Part shown: in pieces, positions 21,682 through 29,664 of the stretch
How positions within the stretch are numbered: position 1 is the first letter of the stretch
Layout: each line of letters opens with the position of its first letter
Origin: an uncultured Pseudomonadota bacterium
GTDB lineage: Bacteria > Pseudomonadota > Gammaproteobacteria > Enterobacterales > Succinivibrionaceae
Length of the DNA stretch: 64,000 nucleotides
Direction of reading: 5' to 3'
NCBI GenBank assembly: GCA_900315145.1
Contig: OMYE01000016.1
Location: forward strand, 2,385 to 66,384
Program-made: the position numbers and the translations under genes
The notes under the pieces: generated by a model
Told to the model about the DNA's origin: nothing
What the model saw: only the letters and a program-made list of their open reading frames with translations
The model's database searches: none

Positions 21682-23502
21682 ATGGAAGAACTTTATCGGC
21701 AGAATCTCGAAATTACCGATGATCTGCTGAATCTCATTCTGGTTTCAGCCGCGCTCAGCCTCATCTGCCACCGCAGACAAATCTATACTTCCGCACAGAT
21801 TACAGAAATATCAGAAGATCTCCGTGAACCGTGCCTTCTTTCCAGATATCTCAGCAATCAGCAGGATATAGGTCACTATAAACGACTAGTGGATGCCCTG
21901 CTTCCTAGAGATCTTTACTGGACGGAAATGCAGATAAAACTCACTCCGACTCTTTTCAGACAAACATTTGTATATGAAAAAAACTGCGACCCTCTCGGTT
22001 TTCTTTACATTTCATGCAAGTGCCTGAGACAACGCAAGGCGGCCGGCATTTACTACACTCCTACTAATGTAGTTCTTAAGCTCATAGAAGGCATTTCCTC
22101 TGATAAAAACTATCAGGAAAGGAATTTCATTGATCCGTGCTGCGGTACAGGGAATTTTCTTATTCAGCTTCCCGATGACGTCCCCTTTTCCCATATATAC
22201 GGCAATGACATTGACGAAACCGCCGTCAAACTCGCCCGCATAAGCATGGGACTTAAATATCCTGATGTAACTGCGGAATCACTTGAATCACATCTGGTGG
22301 TCTCAAACTATCTTACCGGCATATTTAAACTGGGAGAATTTGACTATGTAATAGGTAATCCTCCATGGGGCAGTGTCTTTACCTTTGAGGAGGAAAAATT
22401 CATTAGGGAAAACTTTGTCTGCGCCAAAGAAGTAAGACACCCGGAATCCTTTGAGCTGTTCATCGAGGAGGGACTTAAAGAACTTACCGGACAAGGAGTT
22501 CTTTCATTTGTCGTTCCTGAAAGTATTCTTAACGTTAAATCCCATATAAATATCAGAAAAATAATTATGGAAAAAACCTGTATTTCTGAAATACAGTTTT
22601 TAGGAAATGTTTTTGACGGAGTGCAGTGCCCTTCCATCATTCTTAAACTGAAAAAAAACGAACGTGGGCTGAATACCAAAGGAATGATCGTAAAAACTCC
22701 GAAAAGAACCTTCACCATCAATAAAAAACGGCAGGTTGATGCTGAAAACCTCAGCTTTAATCTTAATGATGACGAATATGAAGTAATCCGCCAGATTCAG
22801 AAAACAGGTACCCTGTCATTAAAAGATCATGCCTCGTTCGCTCTTGGAATAGTAACCGGAAACAACAGAGATTTTCTTCATATCCATAAAACATCAAGGA
22901 ATGAGGAATATATCCTTGCAGGTCTCGATATCAATAAATACGCTTACGAACCAGGTAAATCATATATAGAATTCCGACCGGAAAAATTTCAGCAATGTGC
23001 AGACGAGTCATTCTTCCGTGCTCCGGAAAAGCTTATATACAGATTCATTAACAAAAAGCTAATCTTCGCCTATGATAATCGGAAAATACTTACTCTAAAC
23101 AGTGCCAATATCATCATTCCTGATCATCCGAAGCTAAACATATTCTATGTTCTTGCTGTTCTTAACTCAAGAATAGCCCAGTTCTATTTTTCTTTTGTAT
23201 TCAATTCAGTGAAAGTGCTGCGCTCCCACCTTGAGAATATTCCTATTCCCGATGTATCCCCAGAAAAACAGCTATTGGTTAAACAGCTGGTTTTAAAAAT
23301 CATCAGAAAAGACAATCTGGAGAAAAATTCAGCTCCCGCACTGGATAAAATGTCTCTTACTCTCTCATCTGCCGGTAAAAATTTGGTGGAACCGCAGGAA
23401 TTTCAAAAGATCTATGACGAAATAGATGAACTTATCGCTGAACACTACGGACTTACAAAAAAATCCTACAATCTGCTCAAAACAGCAGTGGATAATATAT
23501 AG
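21682..23502 (+). CDS. N6-adenine DNA methyltransferase, gamma class (Eco57I/TaqI-like with a TaqI_C-type target-recognition domain)
   Basis: AdoMet motif I DPCCGTGNFLIQL, catalytic motif IV IGNPPWG, and a C-terminal LAVLNSRIAQFYF...LENIPIP typical of TaqI-like TRDs. No endonuclease gene is adjacent. Confidence 0.85.
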   Translation: MEELYRQNLEITDDLLNLILVSAALSLICHRRQIYTSAQITEISEDLREPCLLSRYLSNQQDIGHYKRLVDALLPRDLYWTEMQIKLTPTLFRQTFVYEKNCDPLGFLYISCKCLRQRKAAGIYYTPTNVVLKLIEGISSDKNYQERNFIDPCCGTGNFLIQLPDDVPFSHIYGNDIDETAVKLARISMGLKYPDVTAESLESHLVVSNYLTGIFKLGEFDYVIGNPPWGSVFTFEEEKFIRENFVCAKEVRHPESFELFIEEGLKELTGQGVLSFVVPESILNVKSHINIRKIIMEKTCISEIQFLGNVFDGVQCPSIILKLKKNERGLNTKGMIVKTPKRTFTINKKRQVDAENLSFNLNDDEYEVIRQIQKTGTLSLKDHASFALGIVTGNNRDFLHIHKTSRNEEYILAGLDINKYAYEPGKSYIEFRPEKFQQCADESFFRAPEKLIYRFINKKLIFAYDNRKILTLNSANIIIPDHPKLNIFYVLAVLNSRIAQFYFSFVFNSVKVLRSHLENIPIPDVSPEKQLLVKQLVLKIIRKDNLEKNSAPALDKMSLTLSSAGKNLVEPQEFQKIYDEIDELIAEHYGLTKKSYNLLKTAVDNI

Positions 23503-23595
23503 AGACAATTACATAAACTCCATGCAAAAAACGCGGAGTATTCAAAAATATCCGCGTTTAAATCTTTTAAATTTCACACTTAAGCAGACATCCCG

Positions 23596-23994
23596 CTATC
23601 TAAGTGCACTGGTTTTTCTGAGTTCCTTCTGGATATCTTTATCAAGATTATTTACCCAGCGGTTGTAGTTACGGTGAATCTTGCCGCCTCCTTCACCGAG
23701 TCCGCGACTGTTCACATAATTGATGGTGTACCCAGTATTGGTGTAATGGACCCTTATTGTAGCACTGCAACATCCTGGTTTAATTAAGGTATCCTCAATC
23801 ACTCCTTCCTCAATTACTTCAGGAATCCATTCTCGATTAACACTGGCGCTGATAATAGCTTTTTTCACTTCTTCACTGGTATAGTTACCACTTATATTCG
23901 AAGAAGGTGTCATCATATCATGCGAGGTAGAACATCCGGCCCCCAAAAAAGAAGCCAATACAACAGCCACAGGTAATAATTTCTTAAATTTCAT
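23596..23994 (-). CDS. small lipoprotein, function unknown
   Basis: 132 aa with a signal peptide and lipobox (LASFLGAG-C). Confidence 0.6.
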   Translation of the reverse strand: MKFKKLLPVAVVLASFLGAGCSTSHDMMTPSSNISGNYTSEEVKKAIISASVNREWIPEVIEEGVIEDTLIKPGCCSATIRVHYTNTGYTINYVNSRGLGEGGGKIHRNYNRWVNNLDKDIQKELRKTSALR

Positions 23995-24265
23995 AAAGTC
24001 ACCTTTTATGCATGTTTATCTTTCATTGTCCGATTAAGAAAAATAGCATTTTAACCGGTGCGGAATTCTGCCCGCTCTAAGATCATACATTAGCTTAAGA
24101 ATATAATTACAGTTAATCACCTGTACATATATAGGTTCATCACATAATAATTTAAAGAAAACTTTTTCAATGTTTAATCAGGCCGTTTTTTTCAGCTAAA
24201 AATCTTTAAAACAAAGATGAAAATTACTGAAACAAAACCTAAACTATCATTTTAAGATTACATCT

Positions 24266-24294
24266 TGTGAGATATTTGCCATATTATTGTAAGC
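24266..24294 (+). promoter_or_regulatory. distal upstream box of sRNA-1: TGTGAGA-N15-TGTAAGC (GacA/UvrY-like half-sites in direct orientation)
   Basis: The same arrangement recurs at 25078-25107 and 28387-28415. Each lies 179-182 bp upstream of a TACAAT -10 hexamer. Confidence 0.5.
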
Positions 24295-24459
24295 TATTCG
24301 TAATTCATCACTTTTAAAACTCAGTTTTTTAATTATTAAAAAAACTCAGTAACTGCAATACTTTAAGAGCCATTTTTCATGTCTTACAAAGTCTCACAAG
24401 AGAAATTAATTTGAACTGCGTCATAATTTTAATAAATCACTCCATGTACAATTATAAAC

Positions 24460-24702
24460 AAGCAACGGGGACAAGGATGTCACAAGTTAGCATGAAGCTA
24501 TAGACCGCTGTACAAGGCTGGATGCCTGAGAACAGGATGTTTACAGGCAAGATGCCACTGATTCGGAACAAGGATGTTCCATTATGTATGCAATGAATGC
24601 GTGCATGTCAAATAACAGGATGTTATTTAAGAATATATTGAGAGATAAGAAGTTATAATCTAGCTGTCAGAATATGGATGTTCTGACAGTTTAATTTTTT
24701 TT
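24460..24702 (+). ncRNA. CsrB/Rsm-type CsrA-sequestering sRNA, copy 1 (ends approximate)
   Basis: TACAAT -10 at 24447-24452. Hairpins with GGA in the loop: GAC-aaggat-GTC (24470-81), GGC-tggat-GCC (24516-26), AAC-aggat-GTT (24532-42), GGAAC-aaggat-GTTCC (24565-80), AATAAC-aggat-GTTATT (24611-27). The terminator CTGTCAGAA-tatggatg-TTCTGACAG plus a T-run ends ~24702. A second hairpin plus T-run lies at 24704-24741. Confidence 0.75.
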
Positions 24703-25077
24703 AGGTTCTGCCTTCATCCTAAGGCAGAACCTTTCTGTTTTTACAGCAGCATATTTCCTGTCTTTTACATTTCTCCATAACTGTCAGGATGCTCGTCTTC
24801 CTCAGGTTGGCTGTTTAATAACGTTTAAAAGTCCGCTGTTCTATTCTGTTTATTCCGATACAATGGTTATCCAGTACGAATTCTTCATCAATTCTTTCCG
24901 ACATAGCTGGATAAAACAAAAGAAATTACCAATCTATTATAAAATCCTTAAAAGGAAAAATATCCGATTAGAAAGAATTATGATAACCGGCTTGGTTCAA
25001 AAAAATTAACACCTATAAACATAATTCTCCAAAAAAATAACAATTTTCCCGGTTTTATGGAGAATAATCTCACTTTT

Positions 25078-25107
25078 TGTGAGACATTAACCATAATCAC
25101 TGTAAGC
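25078..25107 (+). promoter_or_regulatory. distal upstream box of sRNA-2: TGTGAGA-N16-TGTAAGC
   Basis: The sequence tgtgagacattaaccataatcactgtaagc is nearly identical to the copy-3 box. It lies 182 bp upstream of TACAAT (25260-25265). Confidence 0.5.
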
Positions 25108-25271
25108 AAAGCAAAAAACATTACGTTCTACCGCAGCAGGGAAAATCAATTCAAAATATCTTTATTTACAAGGGTTTGATAGATGTAACATCATTATCTC
25201 ACACGCCAAATAATCGATAAAAATTGATTTAAATCAAAAAATACAGTTTTATGAATATATACAATTATAAA

Positions 25272-25492
25272 TGTCAGGGGGGACAAGGAAGTCCAAAAGC
25301 AAGATTAAAACCCTGAGCACACGGTCTTAATCTGTTATACAGGATGTTGACGGATATTAAGACATTGCGGAACATGGAAGTTCCTGTACATGCCAACTTT
25401 TACAAGGATGTAATCGCCGGCACACAAATCGCACATACAATATATTATACGTTCGGATCATTCTGACAGATGGTGATCCGAACTTTTTTTTT
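25272..25492 (+). ncRNA. CsrB/Rsm-type sRNA, copy 2 (ends approximate)
   Basis: Hairpins GGAC-aaggaa-GTCC (25281-94), TCTGT-tatacaggatgttg-ACGGA, GGAAC-atggaa-GTTCC (25369-84) and TTTAC-aaggat-GTAA(t). The terminator GTTCGGATCA...TGATCCGAAC is followed by T9 and ends ~25492. Confidence 0.75.
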
Positions 25493-25694
25493 GCCTAGAT
25501 TTCACATATATCCATTTTTATATGCAGAAAAACATAAGCATACCACGATACAGAAACAAGTGTGTTTCCGCTTTATATACAACTTTTTATAAAAAATGCA
25601 GACATCATATCCGCCCTTCCGGATACAGATAACTGTATGCTGTTAACTTGTAAAGATGCTGCACAGATTTATCAATCACGGTATTGCTTAAAAA

Positions 25695-26444
25695 TCAGGA
25701 TATCTGAGACAGAAAATCCTTTAACCTCTGTGATTCCGGGTGCTCAAAAATTCTATCCGGAGTTCCTTCCTCCTGGATTATCTTATCAGCAAAAAACAAC
25801 ACTCTGTCAGATACACTTCTGGCAAATTTCATTTCATGAGTAACCACCAGCATAGTCATTTTCTGATCAGCAAGCTCCTTAATCATCGCCAGAACCTCAT
25901 TAACCATTTCAGGATCAAGAGCACTTGTGGGTTCATCAAAAAGAATAATTGCTGGGCTCATGGCAATAGTTCTGGCAATGGCCACACGCTGCTGCTGACC
26001 GCCTGACAGTTGAAGAGGATACTTATCGGCGTGTTCAGCAAGACCTATTCGTTCAAGCATCCGCATACTCCATTCATCAGCCTCATCCTCAGTCATCAGG
26101 CCGTGAACAACCGGTGCCATCGTTATGTTCTTTCTCACAGTCATATTATGGAAAAGATTAAACTGCTGAAACACCATACCGATTTTCGGAATAATTTCCG
26201 TTAATTTTTTTTCGGAAAGGGATGTCAGCTCTGTATCTTTAAAATATATTCTGCCAGAGGTCGGTCTTTCCAGAAGGTTCAGCATTCTGATAAATGTTGA
26301 CTTACCGCATCCTGATGGACCGATTATGGCAATAACATCTCCCTGATTGATATCCAGAGAGATATTTTTGAGTATTTCCTTTTCACCGTAGCTTTTACAG
26401 AGATTATCAATCCTCATGATCACTTTAGAATCATTATCTTTCAT
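25695..26444 (-). CDS. polar amino-acid ABC transporter ATP-binding protein (GlnQ-like)
   Basis: 249 aa with Walker [10 protein letters not shown], signature [13 protein letters not shown] and Walker [12 protein letters not shown]. Overlaps the upstream permease gene. Confidence 0.9.
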   Translation of the reverse strand: MKDNDSKVIMRIDNLCKSYGEKEILKNISLDINQGDVIAIIGPSGCGKSTFIRMLNLLERPTSGRIYFKDTELTSLSEKKLTEIIPKIGMVFQQFNLFHNMTVRKNITMAPVVHGLMTEDEADEWSMRMLERIGLAEHADKYPLQLSGGQQQRVAIARTIAMSPAIILFDEPTSALDPEMVNEVLAMIKELADQKMTMLVVTHEMKFARSVSDRVLFFADKIIQEEGTPDRIFEHPESQRLKDFLSQIS

Positions 26445-27945
26445 TTTTCTTTAATCTCCTCTCCAGAATACTTACAGCAAATGACAGCGAACCGATAATA
26501 ATGAAATAAATTAAAGCTACTGCAAGCAAAGGCAGGAAAGCCTCAAAGGTAATATTTCTAATGATCACCCCGCCTCTGGTTAGATCCATAAGACCTATGT
26601 AGCCACATATTGAGGTTTCCTTAATCAGAGATATACCTTCATTGGCAAGTGACGGCAGAACATTCTTGAAAGCCTGTGGCAGTATAATATATCTCATAGT
26701 CGTGCTAAGCTTAAAACCGAGACTGTAGCCTGCCTCATACTGTCCATTAGGAATAGCCTTGATACCTCCTCTGATAATCTCCGCAGTATACGCCATGGAA
26801 TTAAAACCGAAGGCGATAATGGCCACAAAAATCTTGTTAATATCCACAGAAGCAAAAATTACATAATAAATAATCAGAAGCTGTACCATTACTGGCGTGC
26901 CTCTCACTAGATTTATGTATAACTTAATAAGCATATTCAAGATCTTAAATGAACCATTCCTGTAGTTAACAGCTCTGATTATGGCCATAACCGTGCCACC
27001 AACAAGCCCGATAACCGCTGAGAACACTGATATAATTAAAGTTATCCCCAAACCGTTCACCAGCATTTTCCAGCGGTTTTCTTTAATGAAGTTGTTATAA
27101 AACTTATCTTTAAGGTCTGCAATACTAAAAGAACTGGCATTATTGTTAGGAACAATGAGATAGATCCTTGAGGCAAACGTCTTATCAGTAAAATTAACTA
27201 CTTTAGCTCTTTCCTCTGTTCTGGAAAATCCTGAAAACCCCACATCCACCTTACCGGAGCTCACAGCATTGATGATACTGTCAAACTCCATGCTTTCAAT
27301 TTCAAGTCGCATATGCAGTTTATCTGCTATCATTCTGGCCAGTTCTATTTCCATACCGACTATTTGGTTATTCTCGTAATACTCATATGGAGGAAAATCA
27401 GGACTTGAAGCAATGGTAAGAACCGGACCATCCTTAACCTTCTGTTCATAATGATAGTCAGAAATATTCAGAACATAGGTGTTTCTAAGTTTATCAAACA
27501 TTCCCTCCTTCTTGATTTCTTCAATAGCGGTATTAATTTTCTTTAAAAGATCGACTTTATCCTTGTTTACTATGGCTGCATATGACTCAGGCTCAAAAGA
27601 ACTCTCTATAAGAGTAATCTGCGGAATGGTCTTGACAAATTCAAATGCCGGCAATTCATCCATAACCACCACGTCGAGTTTTCCCTGTACCAGAGCTGTC
27701 ACCGCATCAGGAGTTCCGTTATAACCTTCAGACAGATTACATTTATTTTTAGATAGATAATCATTAGCTACTCTTTCCATTGTGGTACCTATCTGAACAC
27801 CTACTCTGGCTCCGCACAGATCCTCCATACCATTAATCTGGCGTCCTTTATCATTACATGCCGTTAATAAAAACAGCATCATTATAAAAAATACAGGGAA
27901 CAGCCATAAGGACGTTCTCCGTTTTTCAGCTCTGAATAAACACAT
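26434..27945 (-). CDS. fused substrate-binding domain / permease of a polar amino-acid ABC transporter (GlnP/HisM-type TMD)
   Basis: 503 aa with a lipoprotein-type signal (LFLLTA-C), ~250 aa of type-II SBP sequence, then a 5-6 TM permease with an EAA-type region ([26 protein letters not shown]). The SBP halves are in permuted order (see findings). Confidence 0.85.
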   Translation of the reverse strand: MCLFRAEKRRTSLWLFPVFFIMMLFLLTACNDKGRQINGMEDLCGARVGVQIGTTMERVANDYLSKNKCNLSEGYNGTPDAVTALVQGKLDVVVMDELPAFEFVKTIPQITLIESSFEPESYAAIVNKDKVDLLKKINTAIEEIKKEGMFDKLRNTYVLNISDYHYEQKVKDGPVLTIASSPDFPPYEYYENNQIVGMEIELARMIADKLHMRLEIESMEFDSIINAVSSGKVDVGFSGFSRTEERAKVVNFTDKTFASRIYLIVPNNNASSFSIADLKDKFYNNFIKENRWKMLVNGLGITLIISVFSAVIGLVGGTVMAIIRAVNYRNGSFKILNMLIKLYINLVRGTPVMVQLLIIYYVIFASVDINKIFVAIIAFGFNSMAYTAEIIRGGIKAIPNGQYEAGYSLGFKLSTTMRYIILPQAFKNVLPSLANEGISLIKETSICGYIGLMDLTRGGVIIRNITFEAFLPLLAVALIYFIIIGSLSFAVSILERRLKKNER

Positions 27946-28386
27946 AAAAACATCGACTCTTAAAATTTAAATTGCAATAAACCATATAGCCGTCATGCTC
28001 CGACAGCTAAATCATCATATTTTGCGTTTTTCTTATTGTTATTGTTTATTTGAAATAATTTTGAAAACAGGAATAGTGTTTAAAATTGTCCTGAACTGTT
28101 ACGCATAGGAGAACCGGCATGTTCACTCATGCGCGCCTGAATGCTTAATTATGTCTGATTATTTTAGTTTGCATCCGGACAACAGTTATTGAACAGCTGC
28201 GATAAAATCCGCAAAGGCACATGCTATTTTACTGATATTTATATATTTCATCCACATCTAAGATAAAAACATCTAAAATCTTTTAATTTTATCTCCTTAG
28301 CATTCATTCAACTATTCACCGGGGAACAAAAAAATTCTGAAAATATCTCTCAGAATCGTACAAAAATAGTCACTTTCGCTATTCCT

Positions 28387-28415
28387 TGTAAGACATTAAC
28401 CATAATTTTGTAAGC
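28387..28415 (+). promoter_or_regulatory. distal upstream box of sRNA-3: TGTAAGA-N15-TGTAAGC
   Basis: tgtaagacattaaccataattttgtaagc lies 179 bp upstream of TACAAT (28566-28571). Proximal GCTTACA boxes are at 28501 and 28511. Confidence 0.5.
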
Positions 28416-28578
28416 AAAACAAAAGACGTACATTTTCATTCAACATAATAGTTATTAAAAAAAAATCTTATTTTTCAATACTTACAAAAGATTTTTTATG
28501 GCTTACAAAGGCTTACACGGCAAAAAATATTGATCTATATCAAAAAAATCATATAAAAGAGTATATACAATAGAAAAT

Positions 28579-28790
28579 GTCAGGGGGACATGGAGGTCCG
28601 CAACGATAAGTTACCCTAGACATTCAAAGTTTTATCCGTTTACAGGATGTTGACGGACGGAGACTTAGGAACAGGGAAGTTCCTTATATTTAGGGCTTGA
28701 ATTTACATGGATGTAATAACAGCCTAAGATTTACAGGTTCGGACCATTTTGGACAGATGGTGGTTCGGACCTTATTTTTTTCTCTTTAAA
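28579..28790 (+). ncRNA. CsrB/Rsm-type sRNA, copy 3 (ends approximate)
   Basis: Colinear with copy 2: GGAC-atggag-GTCC, TCCGT-ttacaggatgttg-ACGGA, GGAAC-agggaa-GTTCC and TTTAC-atggat-GTAA. The terminator GGTTCGGACCA...TGGTTCGGACC is followed by a T-run ending ~28790. A second hairpin (aaaccgg...ccggttttt) lies at 28799-28825. Confidence 0.75.
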
Positions 28791-29360
28791 AACCGGTAAC
28801 ACGCCGGTTTTTGTTTTTATTTCGATTAGGATAAACTGAATAACGACACTTTTATCGCGAGTTCACTCCATTCACGTCTCTATCAACTGCTAGTAGTTTT
28901 CTTTTTTATCATATGTGCTGTAATAATAGTGAAACTTCCGGCATTGACAGTTATTCTAATATCTCCATATTCTCCGTACCAGTTTTTACCGGAACGGTAT
29001 ATCCGGGAATTAGGACCTCACGACAAAAGGAAACAGCATCCTGCCACGGTGACAACCGCAGATTTCGAATGATTCTTTTCTCACCCAATGAGGTGGTTTG
29101 AAGATTATCCACACCTAGGTGAAATGCTGTCAGACTATCGTCGATAATTCCATTAGCACACATGCTATATATACATCTATAAGACCAGTAATACCACAAA
29201 CAATATATCACATCAAAGTCATGAGATAATACATCAATCATTAATAGTTTTTGTGAACTCTTAAAATAACAGAAATAGAGTAATTAACGACACTTAAGTC
29301 AGAAGATTTAATTTAGATTACAAAAGAAATAGAAGAATGCTATTTAGTGAAAAACTTCAT

Positions 29361-29445
29361 TGGTACCCGAGGCGGGACTTGAACCCGCACGCCATTACGC
29401 ACTACCACCTCAAGGTAGCGTGTCTACCAATTCCACCACCCGGGC
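29361..29445 (-). tRNA. leuU: tRNA-Leu (anticodon GAG)
   Basis: The reverse complement reads GCCCGGGTGGTGGAATTGGTAGACACGCTACCTTGAGGTGGTAGTGCGTAATGGCGTGCGGGTTCAAGTCCCGCCTCGGGTACCA. It has a long variable arm, anticodon loop UUGAGGU and an encoded CCA. Nearly identical to E. coli leuU and, as in E. coli, downstream of secG. Confidence 0.95.
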
Positions 29446-29497
29446 ACAAATTAGTTTTTTTAGACTTATTTTAAACTCTTCATTGAGCTACGATAAA

Positions 29498-29582
29498 TGG
29501 TACCCGAGGCGGGACTTGAACCCGCACGCCGTTACGCACTACCACCTCAAGGTAGCGTGTCTACCAATTCCACCACCCGGGC
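29498..29582 (-). tRNA. leuU: tRNA-Leu (anticodon GAG), tandem second copy
   Basis: Identical to the 29361-29445 copy except for one base in the variable arm (A/G). The spacer between the two is 52 bp. Confidence 0.95.
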
Positions 29583-29664
29583 ATTTATCGATAGAGGGTT
29601 TTGCGTTAACCCTGTCATTTAAAAGTGTGCCCATTATATCTAATGGACACATGGTTTACAACAA

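Noticed and set aside
22651-22658. A8 homopolymer inside the methyltransferase gene as a phase-variation switch
   Set aside because: The tract is short and common in AT-rich coding DNA, and there is no evidence of slippage from a single sequence.
28913-29241. Overlapping 62-aa (+) and 96-aa (-) ORFs next to the 3' side of the tRNA-Leu pair, considered as a possible integrase or island remnant
   Set aside because: Neither has integrase-like motifs, an SD or a plausible composition, and no repeat of the tRNA 3' end (att site) was seen in the window.
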